A stretch of DNA of 63,984 nucleotides, the filler included, from Cladosporium halotolerans (taxonomy: Eukaryota), in NCBI RefSeq assembly GCF_011745625.1. It is 5 parts of 5 records of this genome, joined end to end, with 100 filler letters (N's around TTAATTAATTAA, not from the genome) between each part and the next. Parts side by side here need not be neighbours in the genome. Positions count along the whole stretch, not along the records: positions 31,314 to 46,164 come from NW_027191562.1; positions 46,265 to 60,767 come from NW_027191563.1; 3 more parts are not named here. The stretch is one strand, 5' to 3'. The translations under genes and the position numbers were made by a program. Below, in pieces: positions 36,844-49,763 of this stretch. Below the pieces are notes generated by a model that worked only from the letters and a program-made list of their open reading frames with translations, did not search any database and had not been told where the DNA came from. The stretch's first letter is position 1; the number at the start of each line of letters is the position of its first letter.

Positions 36844-38436
36844 ATGCGTCGCTTTGACTTATTCGCTCTATTATTGCCACTCGTCGCTGGCCTCATGCCA
36901 GGAAGTCTTGCCTTTGGCAACATCAGTCACAAGTGCAATGCTTCAACATTCTCTTTTCCCAGCATTCTTGGGGCCGAGCTCATCGACTTGACAGCGGACG
37001 CTGTGCACAATTATTCCCGGACTGCCCTTCTCCCTGGCACCGACTTGGCAGAGCACCCGACAGTCAGTTTCTGCAATGTTACCGTCAGCTACTCTCACAT
37101 TGGCTGGGGCGATACTATCAATGTTTCGGTCTGGATTCCGCTGCAAGGTTGGAACGAACGGATGCTCGGCTTGGGCGGAGGCGGATTCAGTGCTTCCTTT
37201 GGATCTTTGTACCAGACGGCAGCTGTTGCGAAGGGCTTCGTGGCAATTGGGACCGATTCTGGCCACGAAGCAGGGCTTCAAGCATCGACAGACCCCAGCT
37301 TCTGGATGGTTAACGCTCCTGGAAACCTTAACACGAACTTGGTGGAGGATTGGGCGTCCAAAACACTGGGAGAGCTCAGTACGATCGGCAAGAAGGCAGT
37401 TCGAGATTTCTTTAACCAGGGACCTTCCTATTCATACTTCACCGGGTGTTCAGGCGGCGGGCGGCAAGGCCTCGAGCTCGCTCAGGCATTTCCAACAGCA
37501 TTCGACGGAATCCTTGCAGCTGCGCCGGCGACATACATCGAGACATTTCTGTTGTCTGGATACTACCCAACGCTCTTGATGGACGATCTAAATTCCTATC
37601 CGGCCCCGTGTGAGATCCAAGCTTTCACTCAAGCTGCCGTCAATCATTGCGACGAGCTAGATGGCCTCAAAGACGGTATTATCTCTAACTCATCGGCATG
37701 CCAGTTCAATGCCAACGATCTTGTTGGAGAAGCGTTTTCGTGCAACGAGATGGAGAGCACCTTCTCAGAAACTGGCGCTAAGATAGTCCAAGCTGCCTGG
37801 GACGGACCACACAACTCTGAGGCATCTTGGCCGGGAGTGAGTTTCGATGCAGACCTCAGTGCCTCCGCAGTGACGACAGAGTGCAACGACAGCAACAATA
37901 ATTGCACTTCCGCGTCCGGTGAAAGCCTCTTTGGCGTTGCTATTAAGAATCTGATCTTAGCAAATCCAGGATACGACCTCGAGGAGCTTACGGCTGATGA
38001 ATTTTACCGCTTGCTCGCCCTGGCCAGCGCGAAGTTTCGGCAATGGGTTGGAGCCGCCAACCCCCAGCTCTTGCGCTTCCATCAAGCCGGCGGCAAGCTC
38101 ATAACCTGGCATGGCGGCGCGGATGAAGTCATTCCGACCAAAGGCTCCGCGCACTACTACGAGACAGTGCTCGCGCAGAATGCCGACGTGACTGATTTCT
38201 TCCGACATTTTGAAGCGCCTGGCGTTGGACACTGCGCAGCTGGGGCCGGACCGATGCCGAACTCAGCGTTGGAGCAGCTAATGAACTGGGTAGAGAATGG
38301 CGTCGCGCCGGAGACCTTGGATGCCTACTCGCTTACCACTGGCATGCAGCGACCTTTGTGTCCGTACCCTTCAGAACAAGTCTACGACGGTGGTAATGTG
38401 AGCGCTGTCGAGTCTTTCATCTGCGTGCCGAAATAG
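36844..38436 (+). CDS. Secreted tannase / feruloyl esterase
   Basis: Signal peptide, WNERMLGLGGGG, TDSGH, nucleophile GCSGGGRQG, GGKLITWHGGADEVI and PGVGHC (CS-D-HC motif). Confidence 0.95.
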   Translation: MRRFDLFALLLPLVAGLMPGSLAFGNISHKCNASTFSFPSILGAELIDLTADAVHNYSRTALLPGTDLAEHPTVSFCNVTVSYSHIGWGDTINVSVWIPLQGWNERMLGLGGGGFSASFGSLYQTAAVAKGFVAIGTDSGHEAGLQASTDPSFWMVNAPGNLNTNLVEDWASKTLGELSTIGKKAVRDFFNQGPSYSYFTGCSGGGRQGLELAQAFPTAFDGILAAAPATYIETFLLSGYYPTLLMDDLNSYPAPCEIQAFTQAAVNHCDELDGLKDGIISNSSACQFNANDLVGEAFSCNEMESTFSETGAKIVQAAWDGPHNSEASWPGVSFDADLSASAVTTECNDSNNNCTSASGESLFGVAIKNLILANPGYDLEELTADEFYRLLALASAKFRQWVGAANPQLLRFHQAGGKLITWHGGADEVIPTKGSAHYYETVLAQNADVTDFFRHFEAPGVGHCAAGAGPMPNSALEQLMNWVENGVAPETLDAYSLTTGMQRPLCPYPSEQVYDGGNVSAVESFICVPK

Positions 38437-38650
38437 TAAGAGAAGGATTCGCATGCGGCAGTAACTCGTCTTGTGGCAAGGGGTAGGCGCGCATTTTAAG
38501 CTATACGCAATTCGATAGTATGGTGGCGGTTTGGTAGTTCTCCGGATGAATGTTTCCATTCCAAACGAACTTGTCTCATGGTCTAACTTCATTTGCCTTC
38601 TTACTTGCTCTCGAGATCGGATGCAGGGGTGGCAGGGTCTTCCGGCGACG

Positions 38651-38763
38651 AATACGGCGCTGAAATACGCGGAGCGGGCGAAGAGCAGCCCGTGCGGAAC
38701 ACTGCCAAGCACCGGCATCGTATTCCTGACACGCCGTATTCCGTATTCCCGCTCCCGCGTATT
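38651..38763. promoter_or_regulatory. Cluster of six CGTATT motifs upstream of the C6 factor
   Basis: AATACG at 38651 and 38664; CGTATT at 38719, 38735, 38742 and 38758. Confidence 0.5.
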
Positions 38764-38863
38764 CTTCAACACAAACCGTTGCAGCACCGCCACCGCCGTC
38801 GACGATAGCGCTGCAGGCGCATCCGGCGACCAGCGTCTGCTCTCCCCTACGCGCACATGCGCA

Positions 38864-40213
38864 ATGTCGGCCGCCGATGACGGCCAGGTAAGAAGCCGCA
38901 AACGGCGCACGCACTCCAAGTCCCGCGGTGGCTGCCTGGGGTGCAAGCGGCGACACCACAAGGTACGCGCTGAATGCCGGGCAAACGGGATATTGCGCAA
39001 ACACTGACGCCGTCCAACTGAGCAGTGCGACGAAAATCGCCCTGCTTGCGGAGCATGCGCACGCCTAAGCGAGGATTGCCACTACGCCATCGCGGAGCGC
39101 AGATCGCGTGTTCGCACCCGTGTCCAGCAATCGGCACCGCAAGGTCCATCAGCGCCATCAGCATTGTCGCCCATCGACGTGGCCGCCCGCGCAGCTGACG
39201 TCTTTCAAAGCAGCACTGCATCTGTCGCGACTCCTTTGACTCTCGAAGCAGCGCAGACGCCGCTCTCCAGGGCCAGCCACACTTCCATCGAGAGCGCAGC
39301 GTCGCAGCCGGCCTGCATCTTGGACCTGGAACTCATGTCGAATGTCATGATGGGCGGACTCCTTGACGTTTTGCCCGCGATTCAAGACTCTTCAGGTCTT
39401 CTGAGCAATTTCATTCCACTCGCTCTTGCAACACCATACCTGCTACACGAGTTGCTTGCCGTCTCCGCTCTGCATTTGTATGCCGAGCACGGCTCTCGAG
39501 AAGAATTAGTCCTGCGAGCTTCATATCATCAGAAAGAGGCTCTAAGCTTGGTGCAGCCAGATATTACGTCCATACCCGAAGAGCGCGCTTTGCCGCTTCT
39601 CTTCTTCTCCAGCTTTGCCGCAGTATCCGCGCTCGCCGAAGCCGCTTTCGATCCGCGGAGGCACCATGACTTCGATCCCATAGCGAAGACGACGCATGCG
39701 TTCCAGCTCAGTCGAGGCATCATGGCGATGCTCACTCCCCACTGGTCTTACATCCGAAAGACGTGGGCCGGGCCCGTTATCCGCAGCGAAATTGAAGCCG
39801 GGTCCGACCTCACGCCCTCGCCGCAGGACATTCCTACTTACACCATTCTGCGCTCATTGGCCTTTGGTGTTGAGCCAAGTCACAAGCGGAAGGCTTGTCT
39901 GGAAGCGGTAGACATCACGCTGAGCTCGCTCTCGCTTTTGCAACAGAGCGACGATGCCAGTCTGAGTAGACGTCTGGCAACAGCTTGGCCTATAGAATGC
40001 GATGCCGCTTTCCATTCTCTTCTCGCTGAGTCCAAGCCAGTATCTTTGATCATCTTGGCGCATTATGCAGCATTGCTGAAGCTTGGGACTGGTCTCTGGT
40101 GGACTGGCAGCTTGCCAGGTATGTTGCTGGGGTCAATCGACCATGTTCTGGGCGAAGAATGGGCAGAGTTCCTTGATTGGCCCAAGAGTATTGTCCTGGA
40201 CGATAGAGGCTAA
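38864..40213 (+). CDS. Zn(II)2Cys6 transcription factor (Upc2/sterol-uptake-like family), intron 38963-39025
   Basis: RRTHSKSRGGCLGCKRRHHK|CDENRPACGACARLSEDC, DLELM, PYLLHELLAVSALHL and SLIILAHYAALL...WW. Exon 2 is in frame with ORF 39164-40213. Confidence 0.92.
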
Positions 40214-40548
40214 AATCCCGGAACCAAATGACCACACCCTTCGTTCTCCAGATTCCCCAACAACAGACCTGGAAGCCTGATGCCCCGAGTGACCATAACA
40301 AGAAGTTTGGAGTCGACGAGGGTGTGTAAAGGAAAACAAAGAGGAAATGATTACATTTACTATGGCCCGCGACGCATCGATTGGTTTGAACGTCACTCGT
40401 CCACCTTTCTCCGCCGGCAGGTACTTAGCCCTCCTCGCTCGCATACGAAGTTGAGCACTGCCACGAATTGCTCCATGCCCAAGACACGAAGGAATGTCTC
40501 GAATCTTGATAGAGACTTCGAGGGACCGAAGACTCCCGGTCGGGGTTG

Positions 40549-41600
40549 ATGGCTCGCAAAGACGAATCAGACGATCTCGTCGAGTCGTCGAAGCAGCGCG
40601 GGGACCCAGCTGGCAAGGCACAAAACGACCCAGCAAACCGCATTGACGAGCCTTTGGCGGCCGCGCACAAGCAGAAGCTTATGGCTGAGACCGACAACAA
40701 CCGCATCAGCGAGCTGAAAGAGGCGTCAAAACATCGAGACTAAAAACTCAAAAATATGCAAGATTGCTCTCAGCAGCTCGAAGCTAAGGCCGAGGATCAA
40801 TCCGGTCGATTCACCAGTCTGCAGGGTTCTGCTCACACCACGTAGATAAGGCTTCTTGCAGAAATCACCAACCTCAAAACCATAAGTGCGACCCTGGAAC
40901 AACATGCCACGGAAATATCAAAGCACGTCAAATCTCTGCAGCAAGACTTGACCGACACGCGATCATCTGAAACCTTTACTCAAGCCGAGGCCAGTGCCGA
41001 GATCAAGAAGCCCCTCGACAGGTTGGATGTCCATACTAAAGAGATGGAAGTAGCCAGGCAGCAAGCAATGGTTCGCGAACACGAGGCCCTAAGGATCAAG
41101 ATATCTACAGCCAAGCAGGTTGCTACACTCAATGTGGAGGTTTGCGACCTCCGCGAGGGTAGAAGAGAATTGGCGGATCATCTCCAGGCTTCAAAGTCGA
41201 GAATGGAATGGCAGGACGAAAAGCTGGAGAGCACTGAGAGAGCTGCAGCAATAAAGGAGAAGGAGATGGGAGCCGGTTAGATCGGCGTCTGGAAGGTCGT
41301 CGATGGAATCAAACATTGCTTGGCAAGTTTCGGCTCTGAAAGTGACGGCTTTCAAGGCAAGTTTAATGAGATAAGAGGCAACTTGGAGACAATGACGTCC
41401 GACATGAAACGCTTATATCACCAGGAAGAAGACTTCCGTCAGGAATTGGAGTCGACCAAGACCAATGCTGTCACCGAGCTTACTAAGATGGAGGCCTAGG
41501 CCTTATCGGGCGAAGCTTTGAAGAAGAATCTCTTGGATCAAGTCGGAAGACGAGGACAAACTTGGCGCCACCGAAAAAGTGGTTACCGAGCGGGAGGGGG
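40549..41600 (+). pseudogene. Coiled-coil protein pseudogene
   Basis: One E/K/Q-rich frame broken by TAA (40741), TAG (~40843) and TAG (41278), consistent with C>T changes. Confidence 0.5.
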
Positions 41601-42323
41601 GTATTCGCCACGTGCTCGCAACAGTTGGAGACTGTAACAAGGCCCCAGCAATTGTGAGATAGAGCTGTCCAGAGAACTTGGGGCTTCGGCACGATGGCAG
41701 TCACTGGCTGCGAATCGTTACGCAACCTGCCTTCAGGTCTAAACCCTACATTGCAGAGAGGCACTACCGAAAATAGGGGATGGAGAACTTTCGGCTGGCG
41801 TGTTCAAAATCCGCGTGATGAAGGATGGTGCCGGCGTCTTCGTGATCTTTTTGCCAGTGAAGGAGGCTGTCTCGGGATGCGGGCTAGCATTATTCATGTC
41901 CTCGCTCGCGACAACGCCTTTCCCATCCACGGTCCACGTGCCAGCCTTGTGCTCAAACGATGCGGCCAAAGAGCTTGTGCTCGGTGGAACTCCGAGTTGG
42001 GTGAGTTGGTCTACGGTAAGGGAGCCTGCCGGCCCCGCATTCTCGACCCGGGTCAACGTAGCCTCCGCGGCCGGGTATCGACCAAGGTCTCCCATGGTGG
42101 AGAAAATGTTGATCCTTTTGAATGTCCCGGCACTGGCTCGGCATCGAAAAACTGCTCATCAGTATCCTCTCCCAGGCTCTCCTCAAATCTTGATGCTCTT
42201 TCCTCCGCGATACATGCCCTCACCCGTTCGCTTGCTTACGGTTACTGTGTCTATCTCGCTCACTTCCCCTTCATTGTTTGAATCATCCATAAGCTTGAGC
42301 TTGAGAATGAGTCTGGACTATTG

Positions 42324-43160
42324 CTACTCTTCGAAAAGCTTTAGAACCTCGCTAACGTCGTTTCCAGCAAGCTCAATGCACGATTTGACGCCATTGATAT
42401 GGTGAAGGAGCTCCATCTCGTCCTTGAAAAGATCGTTGGCTTCAACAAGTCGAAGGTTGTTCGGAGAGTTGTAGGTAAACCTGACATTAGAGAGAACGGC
42501 ACAGACTCCCAATGGCTGCCTCCATTCGTCGAGGAGTTCGAAACCATTTCCGCGGCCCGGACAGCTGGCGAAAGTTTCCCTCATCTGCAGGGGGGCTTGC
42601 GGTGGGGGAAGCGAGTACGCCTCCTGAGGAAGCTTCAGCAACTGGCGCATCGTTCGGATCTGCATTGGACCAGTCCTCATAGTCGCGCGCGAGGAAGTCA
42701 ATCAAGCTCTGGTCATACGCGACGTATTTACCTTGCTTGAGTAGCAGCGATCACTTGCTGATGTACTTTCTTGACTTGGTCGTAGCGGCACGGTGAGAAT
42801 GAATCAGATCAAAGAAGTGCTTCTGGTTAAAAGCGATACGGTAGGATACAGCTGCTTGACCGTTCCATGATTCTTCCGCTGAGTAAGTCGGCGTGGTTGG
42901 ACTTGACTGCAACTTCAAGCATGTTGTTCTGGCGCCTGTCGGCGGTAGCCTCGGCGGCACTGCCCGCAGTCATTGGCACGGCAGTATCCATGATAGCCAA
43001 CGATCGTGGTGTTTATCCGCGAAAAAGCGACTGGAGGCTCGGGCGTAAAGATGGGTTTGTTTTTGCCGAAATAGAGAGTTTGGGAGAATGAGTTTGCAAG
43101 TCGGTCTGGTCGTGAACAAGGAGATGATGCTGGTTGGGAAATCGTAGATCATGGGATCTC
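42324..43160 (-). pseudogene. Fragmented hypothetical gene
   Basis: Protein-like segments in successive frames (YRIAFNQKHFFDLIHS, LIDFLARDYEDW, FELLDEWRQPLGVCAVL). No family recognised. Confidence 0.3.
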
Positions 43161-44351
43161 GTCGCAATCGGGATGTGGTGTATATTGTTTGGAGAAAGTC
43201 ACAGCAAAGAGATGAAGAATATCCTTGTGAATGCCTCGCAAATTCGGCTTGTTCACGAGCCAAGTAAAGACACGCGCCTTCCGAGAACCCTGAGCGTGTT
43301 CGCGACTCCCGAGAACTGGCAGAGCAGAGTCAGGCTCCTATGTGACAGTAGGGGGTTTCGCCCGCCCTTGGCTTACAACGTTACTCATCATTGACAGACG
43401 GCGACAGGCTTCAAGACGCGTGGGGACATACTCCGCTTCACATAGCATAAGCAATGGTAGACACGAACGGCCATCGCTGGAGGGGTAGACTGCGCGGTGC
43501 TCGCAGATTTTGCCTAAGTCCCTCAAGTTCGAGTGCTACCCGTGTCTCGTCTGGCTCCAAGAATAATGAAGGCGTCTCGCACGGGATCACGATGAGGCTA
43601 GGATATAGTTTTCTAGGCGGCGAAAGGATCATTAGAGTTGGTTTCCTTGCGACTAAAACACAAGGTACAATCTCGGGTCCTCCAGGGGTACAGTACCGAG
43701 GCTTGGCGCAGACTTCATCCCCAGAAGCTCCGCCGACTCTCGAGATTAACAGAAACGCGCGTGACGTGTCAGTGCCTCGCTCTGCGGGACTTTCTGGGAA
43801 GCGCGCGATGACCTTTTGATGGGATAATTGCAAATCTGCTGCGCAAGTGAGGCTCGCACGCTTCAAAACAGCATATCCTTGAATAGTTGTTGTTGCCGCT
43901 GAGCCGACACAGAATGGAGCCCGCGATTTATGCTCATTAGCTGCTTCTGAATAATGGCGAGGGCTATTGCGATTGTGAAGTTTAGTGTACAAAGGAATGA
44001 AGTAGCTGGAAATGTTCGCGAATCGAGGGAGCTGTGTGCAGCACGTTACGCTCCAGCCGGGGCGGCGACCGAATCGTTGGATCTAAATTGTGGATGGACG
44101 CTTCCACCGTGGTTGACACTTGTGGGGGATCTGGGGGATCAAACGGGACGCGGTCGAACGATATACACGCCCCACGAAGGTTCTTTTGGGACATGGATCC
44201 CGTGAGACTCATTGAACAATGTGATGAACATCTTTGAATATAGGCGGCTCCCACCTGCAAGCCCTCCTAGGCTCTGCTTCCTTGGCTAGCTAAACAATCA
44301 AGTCCCGGCAATTCAACTGCAAGCCCCACGAAGAGTTCCATGCACTCTCAC

Positions 44352-45181
44352 TCAATAATCACGTCCATATTCATTCCTCCAAGCCTGCATCGCAATGTCG
44401 TGGTCCCTCATGTCAGCCAAGAATTCATCCGACTGGGTTCTGGCATCGGAAGAAGCGTCGATCACATGCTGCGGAAAATGAATAGTGGAATTGGCTGCCT
44501 TGACCTTCCAGGAGTCAAACCTGCGTATGACCGAAGAGTAGATGAGTAGGCGTCGATAGTCGCAGATCCCAAACGCTTTCACGCGTTCAGACAGTTGTTC
44601 GACATTGTCTGGCACAGGGGATGTATTGGCGAGTATATCCAGAGCTTTGTTGATCTCGGGTCGATCAGATGCTGCCAGCCAGTCGACGTACTTGCGCATC
44701 ACGAGGGCTGGGTGCTGGGTGTTGGTCGTGGCGCTGCCGCTCTCCCTGGAAATGTTTTCGCGGGCAGGTTCAGTTTTTTCCGCCTTATTCCTGGATTCGC
44801 GTTGCTTTTCCGCGTAACGATCAGGCGGCGAGATAGGGCGAACCATCGTTTGCAGTGCGTTGTTCTGGCGTTGCTCTTGTTGAGCCCCATCCCCGCTGTC
44901 GCTGCCTTCTGACTGACCGAACATGGCCTCGCTGCGGCTCTGGAGTGTTTGCGTGGACCCGAGGCTGTGAGGAGGTGACGGCCGACGCCGTATGGGGAGG
45001 GTCGAGTTGACAGATGGGCCAGAAGAGGATGGCTTGGGTTGGAAGGACTTCGCATTGAAATCCTCTGTTGTGCGTCAGTAAGAGCTCGACAACATGAAAT
45101 TTGCATTTACTCACGGCTAGTCGGCATGGTCAGAGGCTGCGACTCTGCAGTGGGAGTGATCTTCGGTGGCTTGGGCGCCAT
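44352..45181 (-). CDS. Hypothetical protein, two exons
   Basis: ATG45181 MAPKPPKITP, then a GTGAGT..CTGAC..CAG intron (~45065-45113) joining the frame of ORF 44352-44924. Confidence 0.55.
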
Positions 45182-45411
45182 GGTTGTTTGATTCCCGCCG
45201 GAATATTGGTGCGTAGGGTGCGAATGAAGAGGTGGGTGTGGGTGTTGGCAATGTCGCGCCCGGGAAGTGCGGGAGTTGTAGGTCAGGCAGGCACGAAGAT
45301 GCGCCTGAGTCTGGCGCCTAGGCAACCAAATTCTTTTATTAGAGTGGCGGGGTGGCAAAGTCATGAGAGCTTTCACTTCACATGCCAGTACCACGGGACC
45401 TTCACCGTGCA

Positions 45412-45729
45412 CTCTACCACGCGACCTCAATCGCGCAGTCTCCACTGCATCACTCCCTTTACATCTCCACCACAGCGCAACCGATTCTCACCCGACACCG
45501 CAATACCTGTGCAGATAGAGCGACGGCTCTAGCCACCGACGGTAACAATCTTCACAGCTCGCGCGCTTCTCCACCGCGCGCCCTCTACCACAATCGCGCA
45601 GCCTCCTCTGCATCGCGCCCTCTACACCTCCACCACAGCGCCACCGATCCCCACTCGACACTGCAATACCTGTGCAGATAGAGCGACGGCTCTACCCACC
45701 ATCGGCAACAATCTTCACAGCTCGCGCGT
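45412..45729 (+). repeat. Tandem duplication, period ~163 bp, two copies
   Basis: GCAATACCTGTGCAGATAGAGCGACGGCTCTA occurs at 45500 and 45663 with matching flanks. Confidence 0.9.
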
Positions 45730-46065
45730 GCTCATAACATCCCTCTGTCATGTCCTCCACCGCCATGAATCAGCCGCTCATCAATAGTGCGGGTGTTCAC
45801 GCTCCTTCTGAGACTAAGCAGCTCAGCGGAAAGCATGATCCTTTGATTGCATCCGGTACCGAGTCCAAAAAGTCGTGGACTTCTATCTTTCTCGTTGAGT
45901 TCGATCACTTAGAGAGAATCACATCGGAGCTTCTCTGCAAGGATGATACACTGGTCGCAGACTTTGCACGCATCCTCAAGCTCAAGCGCGCAAAACCGGA
46001 TGTGCCCAAGGGCAGGCCCGCTATTTGGACAAACCTCAAGCCCTACATCCTCCAAAACCGGGAGG

Positions 46066-46138
46066 CCTCGCCAAAAGGCAACGGAGGAGAACACTGATCT
46101 CCTCGCCAAAAGGCAACGGAGGAGAACACTGATCTCCT
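46066..46138 (+). repeat. Perfect 35-bp tandem duplication
   Basis: CCTCGCCAAAAGGCAACGGAGGAGAACACTGATCT occurs at 46066 and 46101. Confidence 0.95.
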
Positions 46139-46164
46139 ACTAACCCTAAGGCGGCGCTAACCGT

Positions 46165-46264
46165 NNNNNNNNNNNNNNNNNNNNNNNNNNNNNNNNNNNN
46201 NNNNNNNNTTAATTAATTAANNNNNNNNNNNNNNNNNNNNNNNNNNNNNNNNNNNNNNNNNNNN
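46165..46264. other. Artificial contig linker
   Basis: N-TTAATTAATTAA-N, 100 bp. Confidence 0.99.
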
Positions 46265-46361
46265 TGAATCTGATTATTCAGGTCCGAGCTCAATCAGGGA
46301 CCTGATTGATTGATTACCTGATTGATTATCTGATTGAGAAAATCAAGATTCAAGATCTATG
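46265..46361. mobile_element. hAT-like terminus (same family as 31314-31410) inserted in an intron
   Basis: CTGATT repeats ending TCAAGATTCAAGATCTATG, 12 nt after a GTGAGG donor of the adjacent gene. Confidence 0.75.
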
Positions 46362-46794
46362 CTGACCCCTCACCAGAATGATACCTGCAAACGCCTAAAG
46401 CGTTCAAGTCGACGTCGTAGTACTCGTGACAATTACGGCAATACTCGAAAGCTTTACGCATCATTCCTGAACTCTTATCGATCGGTCTCCGAAGCGCGTC
46501 GTCAATGGTTGATCTGGTATTTGCGAAGCGATCCCAGAGACGTTTGACCAGCTTCCTCAATTCGGGCCCAGGTGCATCTTCGATCGCCTCGGAGACGGTC
46601 ACCTCCTCGGGTGGTGGAGTTGGCGACCCTTCGATCTCCCGGTCTGAAGTGTAAGACACGTCTGTTTGTCTCTCACGTTAGTAAAGGCGTGATGTCACAA
46701 GAAAGCTTGACATACCACTTCTGCCGTCGCTACTGCTACTGTCAGAGTCGCCGGTTCTGCTCGTGTTGGTACTGGTTACATTATGATCAGACAT
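46362..46794 (-). CDS. 5' part of a hypothetical protein with a CxxC..C..H motif, interrupted by the transposon
   Basis: ATG46794, a GTATGT..CAG intron, then ..AIEDAPGPELRKLVKRL...FEYCRNCHEYYDV...VCRYHSG|GTGAG. Confidence 0.6.
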
Positions 46795-47349
46795 GGCGCG
46801 AAGTTGCTGAGCTTCGAAAAAGCGACAGAGAGCGAGGAGTCTGCAAGAAGCTAATGGGAAGAGACGAGTTTAACAACGTTACCTCGTTGAATTGATGGAG
46901 CGAGGACGTGAGTCCCAACGAAATTTGACCCGCTCAGGCATGGCACGGTGTGCCCCTCGTCGGAAACGAGCCTTTGACTTTAGCCATGACTTTATACGAT
47001 GACCTGCAAGCTGCATTTTATCAAGGGAAAGGGTGGTGGGGGGAGTCTTGGTGAACAGTACCGTACCATTCGATGAGTGGAAAGAATTCATTTCTTGGAG
47101 CAAGGCAAGACAAGGCATGGCATTGAGTCCGCCCAACTTTAAGCACCGAAAGGGCAACAGACTGTTACAGTGTACTGTACATAACGCTGCGTACACTGTG
47201 GTTATCCCGACGGAGAAGCCCATCAGACCGAAAATCACTCCTCTGTGGCCGTCCGTCCCATACCGTATACCACAATCCACCATAACTTCGAATAGATCAT
47301 CGCCACAAATTGAATCATCCATGCATTGAGGCATTCCGCCTTGTTACCT

Positions 47350-48888
47350 CTACTCACTGGGCATCCCTCTTTTCAAGTTCTCATATTTACTTCCGGGATA
47401 ATCGAGGCAATTGTCGCTGCTTTCAAGGCGACAGTTTCCCTGGCTGAGTTGGGTCGCGGCAACATTAATCAGACTTTCTTCGTCTATGCATGGGCGATCG
47501 CCTGAGGTCTCCCAGAACATAGCTCCTCCAAGTCCCATACTCTTGATGTACTCGACCTTCCGGCGCATCATTTTGGGAGTATCGTATGAGATCATCGTCT
47601 TCGATGTTTCGTCATAAGACCACGACGCGGCGGCTTGCGCGTCTTCAAAAACCTTCGCTCTGGGCTGTGGCAGAGCCTAACGACTAGGTCAGTGTTCTTG
47701 ATGCTTGTTACAGTATGATCACAGAAAGACATCGACGGTGACCCTCTGTCGAAGGGAATGTATGAATGGCAAGGTCCTACCTTGTAAGTCCACACTCCAC
47801 TTTCTCCGGGAATACTTCCCTCCCCAACACCATTGAACGCAGTGCCCGGCCCATCAGTATTTTGAAACGCGCGACCGTATAGCGGCATGCCTAGCACGAT
47901 CTTTCCTGCAGGCACTCCTTGCTCTTTGTAGTGGACCACTGCTGCGTCAGTGTTGAAAGACGTTGCTGCCGGCGTTGAATTCGACAAGAAGATGTTGGCT
48001 TGGTGGCCGGAGACTGTATCCCACGAGCCAGCGTAGTCGTAAGCCATAAGATTCCAAAAGTCGAGGTAGGGGTCCAAGTCGCGAAAGGGTATGTTTGGGA
48101 AGTGCTGGGGTCCGGCCGGAGAAGCAGCTGTCAACAAAAAATGTGGCTTCGATGGCAGAGAGATGGCATACTTGTCCAGCTCATGCCGGATGGCAGAAAG
48201 AAGGGCGACGAAATCAGATCCCTCCTGCGGAGTTTGTGGGTACTCCCAGTCCACGTCGAGGCCGTCGAAGGGGAGATCCTTTAGTAAGGCCACAGCAGTC
48301 TGTGCGAACTTCTCCCTACCAGCGGGTGATGAGGCAGGCGTGGCAAAATTAGAGCTGTATGACCAGCCTCCTATCGACAGTAGGACCTTGAGGTTTCTGT
48401 TGCGTTTTTTGTGGAGATAAAGTTGCTTCAGAAAGCCATACAGATTCCCATCTCCCTCACTCCAAGAGTCGTTCGGATAGTGTTTGTCAGTATCAGAGTA
48501 GCTGTCCGTCAGATACACTTCCCCAGATTCCGGATGAACGTTGGCAAAGGCGTACAGCACGTGGGTAAGCTTGTCGACAGGAATATCCTGGGGCTGGTGG
48601 TTGCGAGCATAAATCGCCCAGTTCTGCGTCGCCGTTAGTGCACATCAAGATCGTGCCGCTGAGAAGAGTATAACTGACGACGTAGTATGCCACATTGCGA
48701 TACACGTTGTGCTGAGAAGATTGGCCCGCCTGGGAGGCACGGCTGGCGTTCGATAGAAGAGGATTCGGTGATGCGAAGGTTTCCTCTGGAGTTGGCGATT
48801 GTGGAAGACTTGGGACGGCGGCAGAGAACGAGGACAGGCATACGAGGGCGACAAACGCTGTCGCGCGACTGAAAAGCGGTAAAACCAT
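47350..48888 (-). CDS. Secreted GH18 chitinase (subgroup A type), multi-exon
   Basis: Signal peptide, [27 protein letters not shown], catalytic [30 protein letters not shown] and GLGGAMFWE. Introns at ~48625-48678 and ~47677-47780. Confidence 0.96.
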
Positions 48889-49763
48889 TCCTGCAACGTG
48901 GGTCCCGCACCGCTCAGAGAGACCTATGGTTTGCGGTCCACAGACACCTGAGCCATTGTGTGACATATGTGTTGGGTGCTCGAGGCCTTGTCCGCCGGGC
49001 GAGACCCTGGAAGCTCAGTCCTGAAGCCTTCCGCTGTACGCCTGTCCATCGCTGTGTAAGCCCCTGTCGGCCCCAGTTTGACCCCCCTAGGTCGCCTCCT
49101 CCTCCACTCCGGTTGCGAAGGGGTCTGTGCCCGGACTTACTGCCCTCATCCTCGATTAGTAGTCACGGCCTGACGCGACGTGGAGCCAGGCAAGGAGAAA
49201 AGAGGTGAATGCGAGCTTTTCGCCTTGATGCTGCAGGGAGTCTACGTGAGGGTCGCCATGGCGCCGGCAACATTTCGTGACAATCACAATGCTCTTGCAG
49301 GCGTTAAAGAAGGCTCCAGCAGATCCAACGTGCAAGCCGGCCCGGCCGGTGAGGGTTGGAAGAACCAACAGTCGGCTGTCGCGTCATCGCAAGCCACCGA
49401 TCCTGCTGCGGGCGGGTACGGGCCGTCGGCGCGGCCGTTGAGCCGTTGCTTCAGCTGGCACTTGGTGTTCATCTCCTGAGATCGCGACGGTGCGCAGGTC
49501 CGGAAGATGATCGCAAGACGTGAAGGCAGGGGAGAGAATCGACAGGTGTACCAATACCGTAAGTCGGAGACCGCAGTTTAGTAAGTCAGCAGAATCTCAG
49601 GCTGGACCTCGAAAAGATAAGGTGCTGGCCAACCATCGCGACATGGCCATTGCGATCTGTTTCACTGCAGTACACGAGTCGACCTACTATATGCCGTAGT
49701 AAGTCACGGCATGCTTTTCGACCAGACAATGAGGACACATCATCATTCCTGAATACGAAGCTG

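Noticed and set aside
43345..43384. ACGT+TA as another pogo TIR
   Set aside because: No internal direct repeats and no partner in the window.
46140..46149. Telomere repeat CTAACCCTAA
   Set aside because: Fewer than two units, which is insufficient to call a telomere.
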